A stretch of 64,000 nucleotides of DNA. Origin: Octopus bimaculoides. Taxonomy: Eukaryota. Position 1 is the stretch's first letter, and each line of letters opens with the position of its first letter. Location: contig NC_069002.1 in NCBI RefSeq assembly GCF_001194135.2, forward strand, positions 1,193,926-1,257,925, written 5' to 3'. This document shows, one piece after another, positions 38,091-50,778 of this stretch. The translations under genes and the position numbers were made by a program. Under the pieces are notes generated by a model. The model did not search any database. It saw only the letters and a list, made by a program, of their open reading frames with translations, and was not told the DNA's origin.

Positions 38091-39859
38091 TATATATATA
38101 TATATATATATTTATCAAGAGAAAGTGAGAGGGACGAAGACGGAAAATGATTGGTGAGAAAGAATAGACAGAGATAAAGGTATATGTATGTATGTCTCTC
38201 TCTCTATATATATACATACGTACATACATACATACATACATACATACATACATACATACAGAGAGAGAGAGAAAGACATTGAAGTAAAAGAGGAAGACGA
38301 CGACGGACGAAACATGCGGTAGGGTGAGGTGGTATGTGTGTGTGTGTTTTACGGTGTCTATAGATGAATTAAACGTGCATGGTGATTGCAGTGGTGACGG
38401 TGGTTGTGGTGGCCCCGGGATAGGATAGGTAGGTTGTTGGAGCGATGTTGGTGGTGGTGGTGCTGGTGGTTGGGGAAGAGAGTTATTTCGGGAGGTATAT
38501 AGCTACAGCAAAATATCTAATTGCTCCTATTGCAATTGTGAGCTGCAGTTGCGCTGGTTTCTAACTGAATATGTATGTCAATAAAGCTAATCTTATGTGG
38601 CAGATATTCTCCGGAGACAACCTACATAATGAGCTGGTGCAACTCCCAAATCTTGGAAGCGAATTCTATGAAATATCTGTCTTTAGATTATTTGTACATA
38701 GTTGGGAGGCTTTTATAAAAGATGAAATATTTTCCTTTCCTATTTTTTCTACTTTGCGTTTTATTTTTTCTTTATCATTGTGGTGGTTGTGGAGGTAGTA
38801 GTAATACTGGTGGTGGTGTAGGTCTAAGTAATGGTGTTGGTGAACGTCGTGGTTGCTGTGGTGGTGGTGCGTTTGTAATTTATTGGGAAGGAGGGAGGTT
38901 ATGTTTTTAATATTATTGTTGAGGTTGTTGTTGGTGTTGTAGTAGTAGTTTTTGTTGTTGTTGTTATTTGTTCATCTCCCGCCTTTCTTCCAATTACCTT
39001 TATTTAGCGTTTCTATTATAAAATGCAGAGTTTCTTTTGCATTTTTGCATCACTTTCATTGCATCTTCTGTAGAAGATACGAAGATGATGACGATTTTAT
39101 GATGATGATGATGATGAGGAGGAGGAGGATTGTAATGACCACGACAACGATGGTGATGAGAAGGCAGAGGAGTGGGGAGGCTGAGGATGAAGGGGAAATA
39201 CAAAGCAAAGAAAATTAAGAAATAAAAATGCCGTTTCCATATCAAATAGAAAAAGAGAGAATTTCTATAAAGGTTTATCATTTTCACACTATTTAGAATA
39301 AGAAACGAACGCACAAACACACACACTCACGGAGTAAGTAAATATTCCGCATTTCTCGACAGTTTCAAAACTGTTTCTAGAGGGTTCGTAATTCTCACTC
39401 TATACATACACGCGTACGTACGTACATACATACATGAGTGTTAAGCTCGTGTCTGCTTTCTTGTCCGGAGACTTGAATGAAGTAGAACCGTTCTTTAAAC
39501 GATCCCTGCACCATACCGATATAACACTTTTCTCCCCAACTCTTTGACTTTAGCATGCTTTAGATGACGTGTACCTCATACAGACAACTGATGAAATTTT
39601 CTATGCAAGTTCTCTACTTCATCTTCCCTCTTTATTTCTTTCTCTTCTTTAACACCCTCCCCCAATTCACTGCTCTTTCTTGTCCTCCTACTTATCCTTA
39701 CTTTTACTTCTTTCTCAGTTCATCCTCTTCCACAAATTATCAGCAGCAACAGCATCACTGTCTTCTTCTTCTTCTCCTCCTCCTCGTCCTTCTTCTTCTT
39801 TATTGTCTTTGTGCAGCTTCTAACGCTGGAGATGTACTACGGTGTCAGCTGTTCACTAC

Positions 39860-39930
39860 CAGCTATAATAGAAGACACTGACCTGAAGTACCACGCAGTG
39901 GGACTGAACCCAAACTTCTTATCACACAGG
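39860..39930 (-). mobile_element. Family A SINE head fragment with internal deletion
   Basis: gctataatagaagacact...ccacgcagtgggactgaaccc...cttcttatcacacag. Confidence 0.7.
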
Positions 39931-40184
39931 CATATGTATATGTAGATATATCTCTGCGTGAGTGTGTGTGTAGGCAAATCAAAAATAACAAACGGGTTGG
40001 TATGACAAAAGTGAATTAGACGTACGCAGCAGATATATTAGTTTTGAAGCTCAGCGAAAGATTTAGATGGAAAAATAGCAGAGTGGAATCGACGTTTCGA
40101 GCATGGCTCTTCGTCATGTGCGTGTGTGTGTATGTATGTATATGTTCGTTGTGTGTGTGCCTTTATGTGTGTGTTTCTCCACAG

Positions 40185-40345
40185 AACTCACCGCTTACTT
40201 GCCGGTGTTGGTTTGTTTACGTTCTTGTAAGTTATCGTTTCTGCGAAAGAGACCAATAAATTGAGCAACGAACTTCAAAAAAACAAAAACCTGCAGTTGA
40301 TTTGTTCGATGAACACTTCAAGGTGGTGCTCCAGCTTGGCATCAA
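40185..40345 (+). mobile_element. Family A SINE, 3' half after (TG)n
   Basis: accgcttacttgccggtgttggtttgtttacgt...aaagagaccaata...ttcaaggtggtgctccagcttggc. Confidence 0.75.
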
Positions 40346-41187
40346 TCCACCAAGAAAAAACAAGTGGGGTGCAAAATGATATGAGATCATCGTACCAAAG
40401 ACCACATTACCTTTTATTTATTAATTAGCGCATTTATTTATTTGTTTCTTGTTTTTTTTTTCTTACTGATTTGGGTTCCGTCTACAGATTTCCGCAGAAT
40501 GTAATTCTGAACAAAGAAACCAGAGAAAAATTAAACGAAATATGTAAAGAAAAATTCTAAAAACATTTAAAATATTTTTGAAATAAAGAGAGAAACGTCT
40601 GAATATAATACACTTAAAACGTAAATATTGTTTTTTTTTTGTGGTGGTGGTGGAGGAGGATTAAGTAAAAAATATATACAATAGATAAAAAGAAAACAAT
40701 CAAAATAATAATAATAAAGTTGATGACGACGATGATGGTGGTGGTGGTGGTGGTGGTGGTGATTGTTTTTTTATTGTCCTCAAGGGTTTAAGATGCTGAA
40801 TTCAAGAGCAGCATCTACAAATGATGATTATAATGATGATGATGATAATAATAATAATAATAATAATCAATAGCTCGACTGTTCAATCAATCAAGCGTTG
40901 GACTGAGGCAGAAGAGGAAGAAGTAGTAGTAGTAGTAGTGGAAGAGGAAGAAGAGGTAGGAGTAGAAGAAAAGTAAGGTATATGAGCTGTTTTAAGATGA
41001 TGGTAGTAGACATCATATCGATTGGATTAAATAAATGAGGCCTTCAGACAACGATTAACGAATTTTTAAAAAGATATAAAAGGAAAATAAAGGGAAAATC
41101 TGAAATATTTAGGGATGCCTTGAATATTATTATCATGGCCATTCAATGAGATTAAATAGAGACAAACATGGAATGACTTTCTTTCGG

Positions 41188-41223
<36 letters not shown>

Positions 41224-42397
41224 ATATTTGTACAGTTTATTTACTCAATATCATCGTAGAATCAGTGTTTTGTTTTGCAATACATATACACATATATACA
41301 TACTTACATATATACACACACATATGCACACACATGACTATATAAATGTATGCATATATATATATGTACATGTAGATATACATATATATACATGTGCATG
41401 TAGATATGCATATATATATACATGTGCATGTAGATATGCATATATATATATATGTGTGTGTATATATATATATATGTATATATGTAGTTATTTATGCTTA
41501 TATATGTATATATAGCAATATGTATGTATGTATGTGTATAAACACGCATATATATCTATGTTTACATATACGGTTTGGCATATTTTCATATTTGCTTTTT
41601 TGCTACAGTTTTGTAGTAGTTGTTATTGTTAAATAAGTTTTTATTATTTTTTTCTTGTTATATTTTAGTATTTATAATTATAATTATTCTTATTATTTTT
41701 TTAAAGCAGCAATTTCACTCGAAGCGTTGCATTTAAAACGATTCTTTCCCGGATAAACCCCAAATGAATTTTGTGCTCGAGAATAAGTACCCCAGGAGGG
41801 ATTCCTTGGTTGCTTAATCAGTCTCCCCACCACCTCCACCACCACCACCAAGACCACAACCATAATCACCACCACCTCCACTGCCGACGCCGCAGCCACC
41901 ACCACTATCGCCATCACACGACCATCACCACCGCAACCATCAGCACCACCGCAACTATCACCATCACTGCAACCATAGCCATCACCACAACCATCACTAC
42001 CACCGCAACCTTCACCACTACTACTAGCATTACCAACACCATGACCACCACAACCACCTCCACCATCGTCGCCCAGAAGAAATTCCTCCACTACAGTTTC
42101 CACCAGCATCGCATCCACTGCCAACAGCGCCTTTACTGCACGATACACTGCTCAACACCACTGCGTGTACTACAGCCACTACCATCAATATACGAACACC
42201 ACGACTACTTACACGGCCCCTTATCCATGGCGAAACGATAGCTTTGAAAACTTATAGGATTATTATGAAAGGGAGCAAAACAGAGAAGATTAATTTTGGC
42301 ATGTATGGAGGGGGGGGAGTACATCAGTCACTGTGTGTAAAAGCATATCCGTATGTGTAAATGTCTGTGCGTGTATGTGTGCGTGTGTATGTCTGCG

Positions 42398-42441
<44 letters not shown>

Positions 42442-42876
42442 ATATACGTATATGCATACATATAAACAGATGCAAATACATACATACAGATATCTATATG
42501 CATGCACACACATATATACACACGTTGGACATTTAAATAAATGAGCATGAATACGTGTTTTAGTGTATGAGTGAATGTGTGTGTGTATGTGTTTAAGTGC
42601 TAAGAAAAAATTCCTAAGGATTTAGAATGGCATTTAAAAGCTCAGTTTGCAGAATATTCGAGATAAGCAAACGAATTCTTGTAATTACTCGACTGCCTTG
42701 GCACCATAAGAATGGACTGGATTCCTTTGAATGCTTTCAATGAAGAAGGTAGCTTAATTATCGTTCGATAAATACTGACACTAACAACCTATCCCCCAAT
42801 AGACACACACACACACACACACACGTGTATATATACATATACATACATATATATGTGTATATACATATACAAGTAT

Positions 42877-42926
<50 letters not shown>

Positions 42927-42949
42927 GCATGTATGTGTCTATATATATG

Positions 42950-42997
<48 letters not shown>

Positions 42998-44192
42998 ATA
43001 AATATATGAGCTTATCATAAATGATATTTTTCACATATTTAACACTCCTTAAAATTCGAAGTATTTTAATTTCCACTTTATACATGTGTTTGTTGTGTGT
43101 GTATGTGAGTGTGTGTAAACCACACGCGCTCATGAACTAAATATATCTTGATTAAAATAATTATTTTAGAGATTAAAATCCTCTAACAGAGATAAGTAGA
43201 TGTGATATATAATGAGCCAGTACAACATTTTCGTTCTGCAAACTCTCAACAGAGTTCTTGGACGTTTAGACTGTTAAATGTGAATAATTTTTTCCCAATC
43301 TGGACGCTGCCCTCGATATACAGTCTGTTGGACGGATTACGGCTTTTAGACTTTATGCTGAATTCCAGTCAGTGGCATTACTTATATTTAGCTGGGAGGA
43401 CATGGTGTGACTGGTTCAAGCACACAACAAGCACTTGGTCAGAGAAAGGAGCTTATCTATCTAGCTATATTCTCTGTCTGTTAGTCTGCCTGACTGTTTA
43501 TCTATGTCTGTCTCACTTTCTCTCTCGCGCGCGCGACTATGGTGATGATGAGATGCGCATCAACTAATAAATGCTACACAAAGTTCATTTGTCAAACTAA
43601 GGTCCAATTAAGACATTGAAAGACCTACTCACAATATAATGTTGCGGCGTTGAACACTAGTGTCTTGAGCAAGCTTCTTGGCCACTCAGTCATGCATGCA
43701 GCTGTACATGAGTCTATATACATAACATGAAACCATAGTTTCGCGCTTAAAGCTCTGGTTGATGACTATTTAGAGGGATCTGGCAAATACGGTCCGTAGC
43801 GTTTGAGCGGGCAATTGAACTCCACGGGGTAGAGTTCAATTCTCCGGAATGCAACATGGACGACGAATGAAATTGTAAAATTAAAACATATTCGAGCGAA
43901 ATTATGTATGTTTGTTTGTATGTGCAGACATTTATCACTCTCGCGATTTCCCTCTCCATATCTATCCATATATCAACATATCTACGTCTATATAGGCTTC
44001 TAGCTTTCTGTTTATCTATAAATCTCATTCTTTCTCTGGCTATCTATCTATCTACTTGTCTATATATACACATGTAAGTACGTCTACACACACATATACA
44101 TATATATCACACATAAATGTATACATCCATATATGATTGTATATGTATACGTATATAAATATATATAAACATACACATCATTATATATAATA

Positions 44193-44234
<42 letters not shown>

Positions 44235-44676
44235 NNNNNNNNNNNNNNNNNNNNNNNNNNNNNNNNNNNNNNNNNNNNNNNNNNNNNNNNNNNNNNNNNN
44301 NNNNNNNNNNNNNNNNNNNNNNNNNNNNNNNNNNNNNNNNNNNNNNNNNNNNNNNNNNNNNNNNNNNNNNNNNNNNNNNNNNNNNNNNNNNNNNNNNNNN
44401 NNNNNNNNNNNNNNNNNNNNNNNNNNNNNNNNNNNNNNNNNNNNNNNNNNNNNNNNNNNNNNNNNNNNNNNNNNNNNNNNNNNNNNNNNNNNNNNNNNNN
44501 NNNNNNNNNNNNNNNNNNNNNNNNNNNNNNNNNNNNNNNNNNNNNNNNNNNNNNNNNNNNNNNNNNNNNNNNNNNNNNNNNNNNNNNNNNNNNNNNNNNN
44601 NNNNNNNNNNNNNNNNNNNNNNNNNNNNNNNNNNNNNNNNNNNNNNNNNNNNNNNNNNNNNNNNNNNNNNNNNNNN
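44235..44676. other. Assembly gap (N run)
   Basis: Direct reading. Confidence 1.
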
Positions 44677-45229
44677 GTGTCTGTGTATGTATGTGTGTGT
44701 ATCTATATATATAATGTATATATATAATTGTGTGTGTATATATGTATGTGTGTGTGTATGTATATATGTAGAAAGCCGAGAGAAAAAAGTAAAACTAATA
44801 TAGTGTCACCTATATTTTGTTTTCAATTAGAAAAGCGTGCGATCTTCAGGCGGGTGCGTGTTTTCAGCCCAATTTTGTTTTTCTTTTATTACTGCGAATA
44901 CTCTACATTCCTGAAGTCTGTGATACACACGAGAAAAGCACGAACTTGTTGATACCGTGTCCTTCCGCCGATAAGATATAGCCCACCTTTCAATCATCTC
45001 TCGGAGAAAGGATTGATACGGTCGTAAATAGGTCACACCTAGCTTGCTTTGAAGATGGTGAGGGAAAATTTTCTATTGGCTTTGATGGACAAATGAGGTG
45101 TGAGATGAGTTTCGCTTCACAACCATGTACTATCATGTTGCGTCCCTCTGTGCAGCCATTTTGGAAGTGTTTTGTAAAATAAACTCGGCTGTGTCCACCT
45201 TTTTGCTTGTGCCTGACTCGCTCCACTCG

Positions 45230-45395
45230 ACAACAATTGTTGGTTTGTTTATGTCCCCGAAACTTCAGCATTCTGAAAAACATAATATAAGTACAAGATT
45301 TAGAATAAGTATTCAGTTAGATTTGTTTGACTAGAAACTTCAAGGCATCATTCCAGCATGGCCGCAGTAGAGTGACTTTAAGCAAGTAAAAAGAT
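45230..45395 (+). mobile_element. Family A SINE, 3' half
   Basis: gacaacaattgttggtttgtttatgtcccc...gattagaataagta...cttcaaggcatcattccagcatggccgcagt...caagtaaaaga. Confidence 0.75.
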
Positions 45396-46172
45396 CTTTT
45401 CTCAATTGCTAATCTTTTTAGTTGAGTACAGCCATAGTTACAGCAGAGAAGTGAAGAAAAGATTATGAAACATTCTTGCTGAGTCCGGTTATAGATACAT
45501 TGTTGAGCAGACATAATGTATACATGACAAATTGTCCTGTTTGATCGTATTATTTTTAAGCTATTTTAATCTCAAGGAAATTCTATGCGACATTAGTACG
45601 CTACATTACATTACCGGAAGATAAACCTATTCACCATCTGTATCGATGCACCAATACAGATGTGCAATTATGTTTATCTTATTTAAATGTATTGAGAATA
45701 ATGTTAGACTAAAACTTAAAATAGAGAAAGCTACTTTAAACTTTTTTTTTAATACCGACATTAGTCGTAATAGAATTTGCATGGAAGAACGTTGAAAGAC
45801 TTTTTCTGTGAATTCAATTAATAGTACACGACTGAAAATTTAACCAATTTGAAAAAAAATTATTATGTAACAATACTGAGTTAGCATAGGTTTTTGCAGA
45901 TATTTCTTAATTCAATAATTTCTTTAATTCTACATTTTTTTATGCAAAATAACATATTATAAAGATTTGTTTTGTTGTACCTACTTCCAACGTGTATTTT
46001 TAAATTGTTTCAGTTGTTTTTTTTACCACGAACATACTTCAAAGAAACCACGTGTTTGTATGTATTATTATGTAGTAACAATGTTTCTCGTGTTGCTACA
46101 TCGTGACTACGTATGTATTATACACTGTGTTCTACCTATACACTACATAGTATCCGTTGTGCATTTATATTT

Positions 46173-46572
46173 TCCCAACCTCATGGTTTCGGGTTCAATC
46201 CCACTATGTGGCACCTTCGGCAACTGTTATAGCTTCGAGCTGACCAAAGCCTCGTGAGTGGACTGAGCACACAGTAACTGAAAGAAGCTCGTCGTATCTG
46301 TGTGTATGTGTGTTCGTGTGTTTGTGTGCGTGTGTGTGTGTGTGTGTTCGTGCGTGCGTGCGTGCCTTTGTGTCTGTGCTTGTCCCCGCTACCGCTTGAC
46401 AACCAGTGTTAATGTATTTACGCTCTGTTAACCGAGCAGTTCTGTAAAATAGACCGATAAAATAAGTAGCAAAAGGTACTAGACTCGATTCATTGGACTA
46501 AATATACTTCATGGCGTTGCCCCAGCATGGCCTCAGTCTAATGGCTGAAACAATTACAAGATAAAAGATAAG
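46173..46572 (+). mobile_element. Family A SINE, near full length
   Basis: B-box ggttcaatccc, then gtggcaccttcggcaa...aactgaaagaagctcgtcg, central (TG)n, accgcttgacaacc...ccagcatggcctcagtctaatggctgaaac, tail aagataaaagata. Confidence 0.88.
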
Positions 46573-46736
46573 CAATTTCACTCTCAAAGATTGCAGCGAT
46601 GAAAGTGAAGCAAAGTCTTTTGCGTGACACGAAATATAAACATGCAACAATATTTAATTTAAGTGAATTTTTTTCTTTACTTTGGCGCGGGAGGCAAACG
46701 ATGAATTATTGCAACGCTTTGTGGAGGAGAAAATAA

Positions 46737-46767
<31 letters not shown>

Positions 46768-47397
46768 TGCTGCTGCAGTTGTAGAAGTAGTGAGATGCTG
46801 TTGTAGCTGTTGTTGGTGGTGGCGGTCATTGTTGAACTGGTAGTTTATTATTCTCCTCGTTGTCTTATAGCCTCAAATCAGTATTGAACCAGATACAAAT
46901 GCCAGAGATCGACTGACAAGCCACTATGTATGATGAACCATTGCGGCAAATATACCCTGCTTCTTTCTCTGCCTAGTTAAGATTACTCCATACGATGTGC
47001 CTCACAACACTGTATTGTATGAGCAGCAGTTAAATTATCGTGGTCAGCGGTGCTCTACCTAATATGTCCGGAATTATATATGACGTAACACAAGGCGGTG
47101 CTGTTAATCCCGCTGTAAATCTTTAGCATCGTATTAGATGAAGAGACAGACGCGTTGAAAATATGAGTGATGCTCAGATTCACTACAGATGACAGCTATT
47201 TCTGTTGATGAATCATTCTGCACAGACATCCGCAGACTCTCGATTACGTACCCAGGCGTTCATGAGAACCTTCTTTACAAGAAACCCAGCGGTGATGTTA
47301 ATCCTCTGGAAATAAATTTATCTTAAGTAGGTTAGAATTGCTAAACATTTTTGCCTCCTAGTAATAAGTGACCTCAACTAATATGAATGTCTACAAG

Positions 47398-47432
<35 letters not shown>

Positions 47433-47480
47433 CTTTCTCTGTATATATCTATCTGTCTGTCTATATACATATACATATAA

Positions 47481-47553
<73 letters not shown>

Positions 47554-47973
47554 TAAGCACATACATATATATATATGTGTGTGTGTGTATAGATATACAT
47601 ATTCATATATATGTATATGTGTGTATATATGTATATATAAATACATCTGTTTGTAGTTTACACACTCGTCTTCGTCTTTTGCTTTGCTTTTTTTTTGTAA
47701 ATTCCAACTGTATATACATATATGTATATATATGCATATATATATGTGTGTATATATACATTTATATATATCGCAATAATTTGAAGATGAAATACCTCGA
47801 ACAGAATGAATCTCATAAGGTCATCGTCAATGCCGATCATTTAGTTAACGAATCTTATAAGTAAGACAGAAAAACAGAGAACGACACATCTGCAGGAAAA
47901 GAGACTCCTTTGACATAATCCGCCAAGACGAAGAGGTTTCCAGAACGGTGAAGATGCTGAAGAAAGGAAACTG

Positions 47974-48110
47974 ACAGCAAGGTTCTGGATCCACTCCTAA
48001 CGCGCGACACCTTGGGCATTAGGAGTGGGTCCGGAACCTTGCTGTTCGACTAAAATTCTCCAAGACGCTCCCCCAACATGGCCGCAGTCTAATGAGTAAA
48101 ACAAGTAGTT
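47974..48110 (+). mobile_element. Rearranged family A SINE remnant containing a 27-bp inverted repeat
   Basis: Arms 47974-48000 and 48019-48045; loop contains gacaccttgggca (family A head); followed by the family A 3' end tcgactaaaattctccaag...catggccgcagtctaatga. Confidence 0.65.
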
Positions 48111-48550
48111 CGCGAAACAAGTAGTACACACACACACACACACACACATACATAAATACACAAACACACAATCTTACACATCCACATACATGTGTGCGTT
48201 TGTATGTGTATGTATTTATTTGCAAACACATAGATAACTCCGAGGATGTAAACGCATACATACGCACGCGCGCACACGATCGCACACATCCACATAAAGA
48301 CAAACACGCACACATATAGGTAAGGAGTAGATGGCTGTGACCTTGCGAGAAGATGGAGAATTGTTGAGGGTGGGGAAATTAATACATCATCGGGTGCACA
48401 ACAAACACATCAAAACTATCGGCATCATATAATATATACCCTGATACCCGTGAAACATCGCTGATCAAAAGATTTCCTTGACGCCATCATTATATTACGA
48501 AGTAGACTGAAGTTTATTGAGAGAAAGACAGACAGGGGAGAGAAACAGCA

Positions 48551-48581
<31 letters not shown>

Positions 48582-48720
48582 AAGAGAAACAGTGACAGGG
48601 AGAGAAAGTGAAATATGAATGTTTGGGTGTCTTTACAAATACACGCACTAATTAACACGGACACAGACATACCAGTACATGTACGACAATATACATATAC
48701 ACATACGAAAACACGCGACA

Positions 48721-48753
<33 letters not shown>

Positions 48754-48778
48754 AATATATATATATATATTTATATAT

Positions 48779-48840
<62 letters not shown>

Positions 48841-49504
48841 CACACAAATATTTATATCGCCATTCTCCAGAGTTGCGTAGTTCTTTTTCTTAAACTGATA
48901 TGTGCATTGAAATGTATTCTGATTTACGACTCGAGTATATTCTTTTATGTATGTATGTATGTATGTATCTATCTATCTATTCATCTCCGTCTGTCTGTCT
49001 ATCTTTATATCTACCTATGATTTATCTATCTCTCTCTTTATTTCTACTTCTCTGTGTGTGTATTAGTGTTTGTTTGTTTGTTTGTTTGCGTGTGTGTGTG
49101 TGTGTAAATCAATTCGGTCATATTTCGACGCTTTCCTTATATCATTGGTTTCTACACAAGGGTGGACAAAAACGGTATTATTCTCACAGGACACAGCGTG
49201 TAGTTCCGCTGATGAAGGCATCACGTGTCCATTCATTTCAATGAATGTCTGGCTGGTTAGAAAGAGAGATGTATCCAAACAAACTATATAATACACAAAT
49301 ATATACGATTAAAACAATGAAAGAGACAAAAGTTTTTTTTCTTTTTCGTAATCTCACTGATTCTATAAAAAAGGTTTTGTCATTTAGTATTACGACTGAT
49401 CATACTGTTTTAAAAATTCATTTCAATTATATCTCGTTCCTCACTTGACAAATTCAAGGAATTATTTGAATAGGTGATATTCCGACCCATGCATGCATGG
49501 AAGT

Positions 49505-49595
49505 CTTACTCTTTTGCAGAACCGCTGAGTTACGGGGACGAAAATACGTCGACACCACTTTTCAAGTGGTGGTGAGAGACAAAAACAGGCACACA
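49505..49595 (-). mobile_element. Family A SINE, 3'-half fragment
   Basis: ctcttttgcagaaccgctgagttacggggacg...tcaagtggtggtg...gacaaaaacaggcacac. Confidence 0.75.
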
Positions 49596-50085
49596 TAATT
49601 ACACACACACACACTACTATGAATCCCTAGCTCCAGCCTTAGCTGTGAACTTGGACTCTAACCGATGACCAGTTATAGCACTTACACAGCGTACCTATTT
49701 GTTTAGATCACCATACATATGCAGAATTAAAAGAAATACGAGAAGAAAAGTAGACGGACTGACAGACACATAGATAGATAGAGGGACAGACAGATAGACA
49801 GACAGACAGGAAGATAGATAAATAGACAGACAGACAGACAGACAGATAGATAATAGATAGGAAGGCGGACAGTGATACATTTAGATGGAAGTTTCTAGTA
49901 CGGTAAATATCTAGACCTCATTAAGGTCCGTACTTTTCTGTTCTCTCCAGAAGGATTCAGTCCTCTGGAGAAATGGTAAATGTCTTCGGATCAACGGTTC
50001 TGTGAGTGATGTATTAACGTAAAGTTAGTGTTGTTAATGAGGGGAAAAATATAGCCGCAAAAACAGTGGAGTGTGTCGCTATGTA

Positions 50086-50128
<43 letters not shown>

Positions 50129-50623
50129 CTTTTTCATTTTTCTATGCCATATATGCATATATATGTATGAATATATGTATATATATATATATGTGTGTGT
50201 GTACGCGCGTTCATGTGTGTGTACATGTATAAGAATATATATGCGTGAGCATGTATTTGCCTGCGTGTACTTTGTGCATTAATGTCTACATTATTCGACA
50301 TAACCTTTCTTTTATTTGAGCGGTAAGATGTAATTCCAGAGAGATTCAGTTTCCATTTTTAGCGGCTCGAACCTCCTCTGAGACTCCTACTTTACTCGTC
50401 TCATAGACACTATATGAGTCGTTGGAAACTTTTATGTGACTAAAGGAGTCAAAGTGAAGCGACATGTAAGCGATACATGCATCTTTCTCATTAATTGATG
50501 TCCAGATCAAAAATGCAAAGTCTGAAGATAAAAGTAGTCGTGTCCTTTTATTTCTAGACAGAATAAATGGGAAATACCACTTACTGACCAAAGGTTAAAA
50601 TATTACAAACTTTGTGAGACGGT

Positions 50624-50778
50624 GATTAGATCGATCCCCGTAAGCAACTGGTACTTAATTTATCGAGCCCGAAAGGCAAATTCGACCTCGGCAGAATTTG
50701 AACTCAGAACGTAAAGACAGACGAAATACTGTTAAGCATTTTGCCCGGCGTGTTAATGTTTCTGCCAGCTCGCCGCCT
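50624..50778 (-). mobile_element. Family B SINE
   Basis: gcaactggtacttaatttatcgagcccgaaaggcaaattcgacctcggcagaatttgaactcagaacgtaaagacagacg...tctgccagctcgccgcc. Confidence 0.92.
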
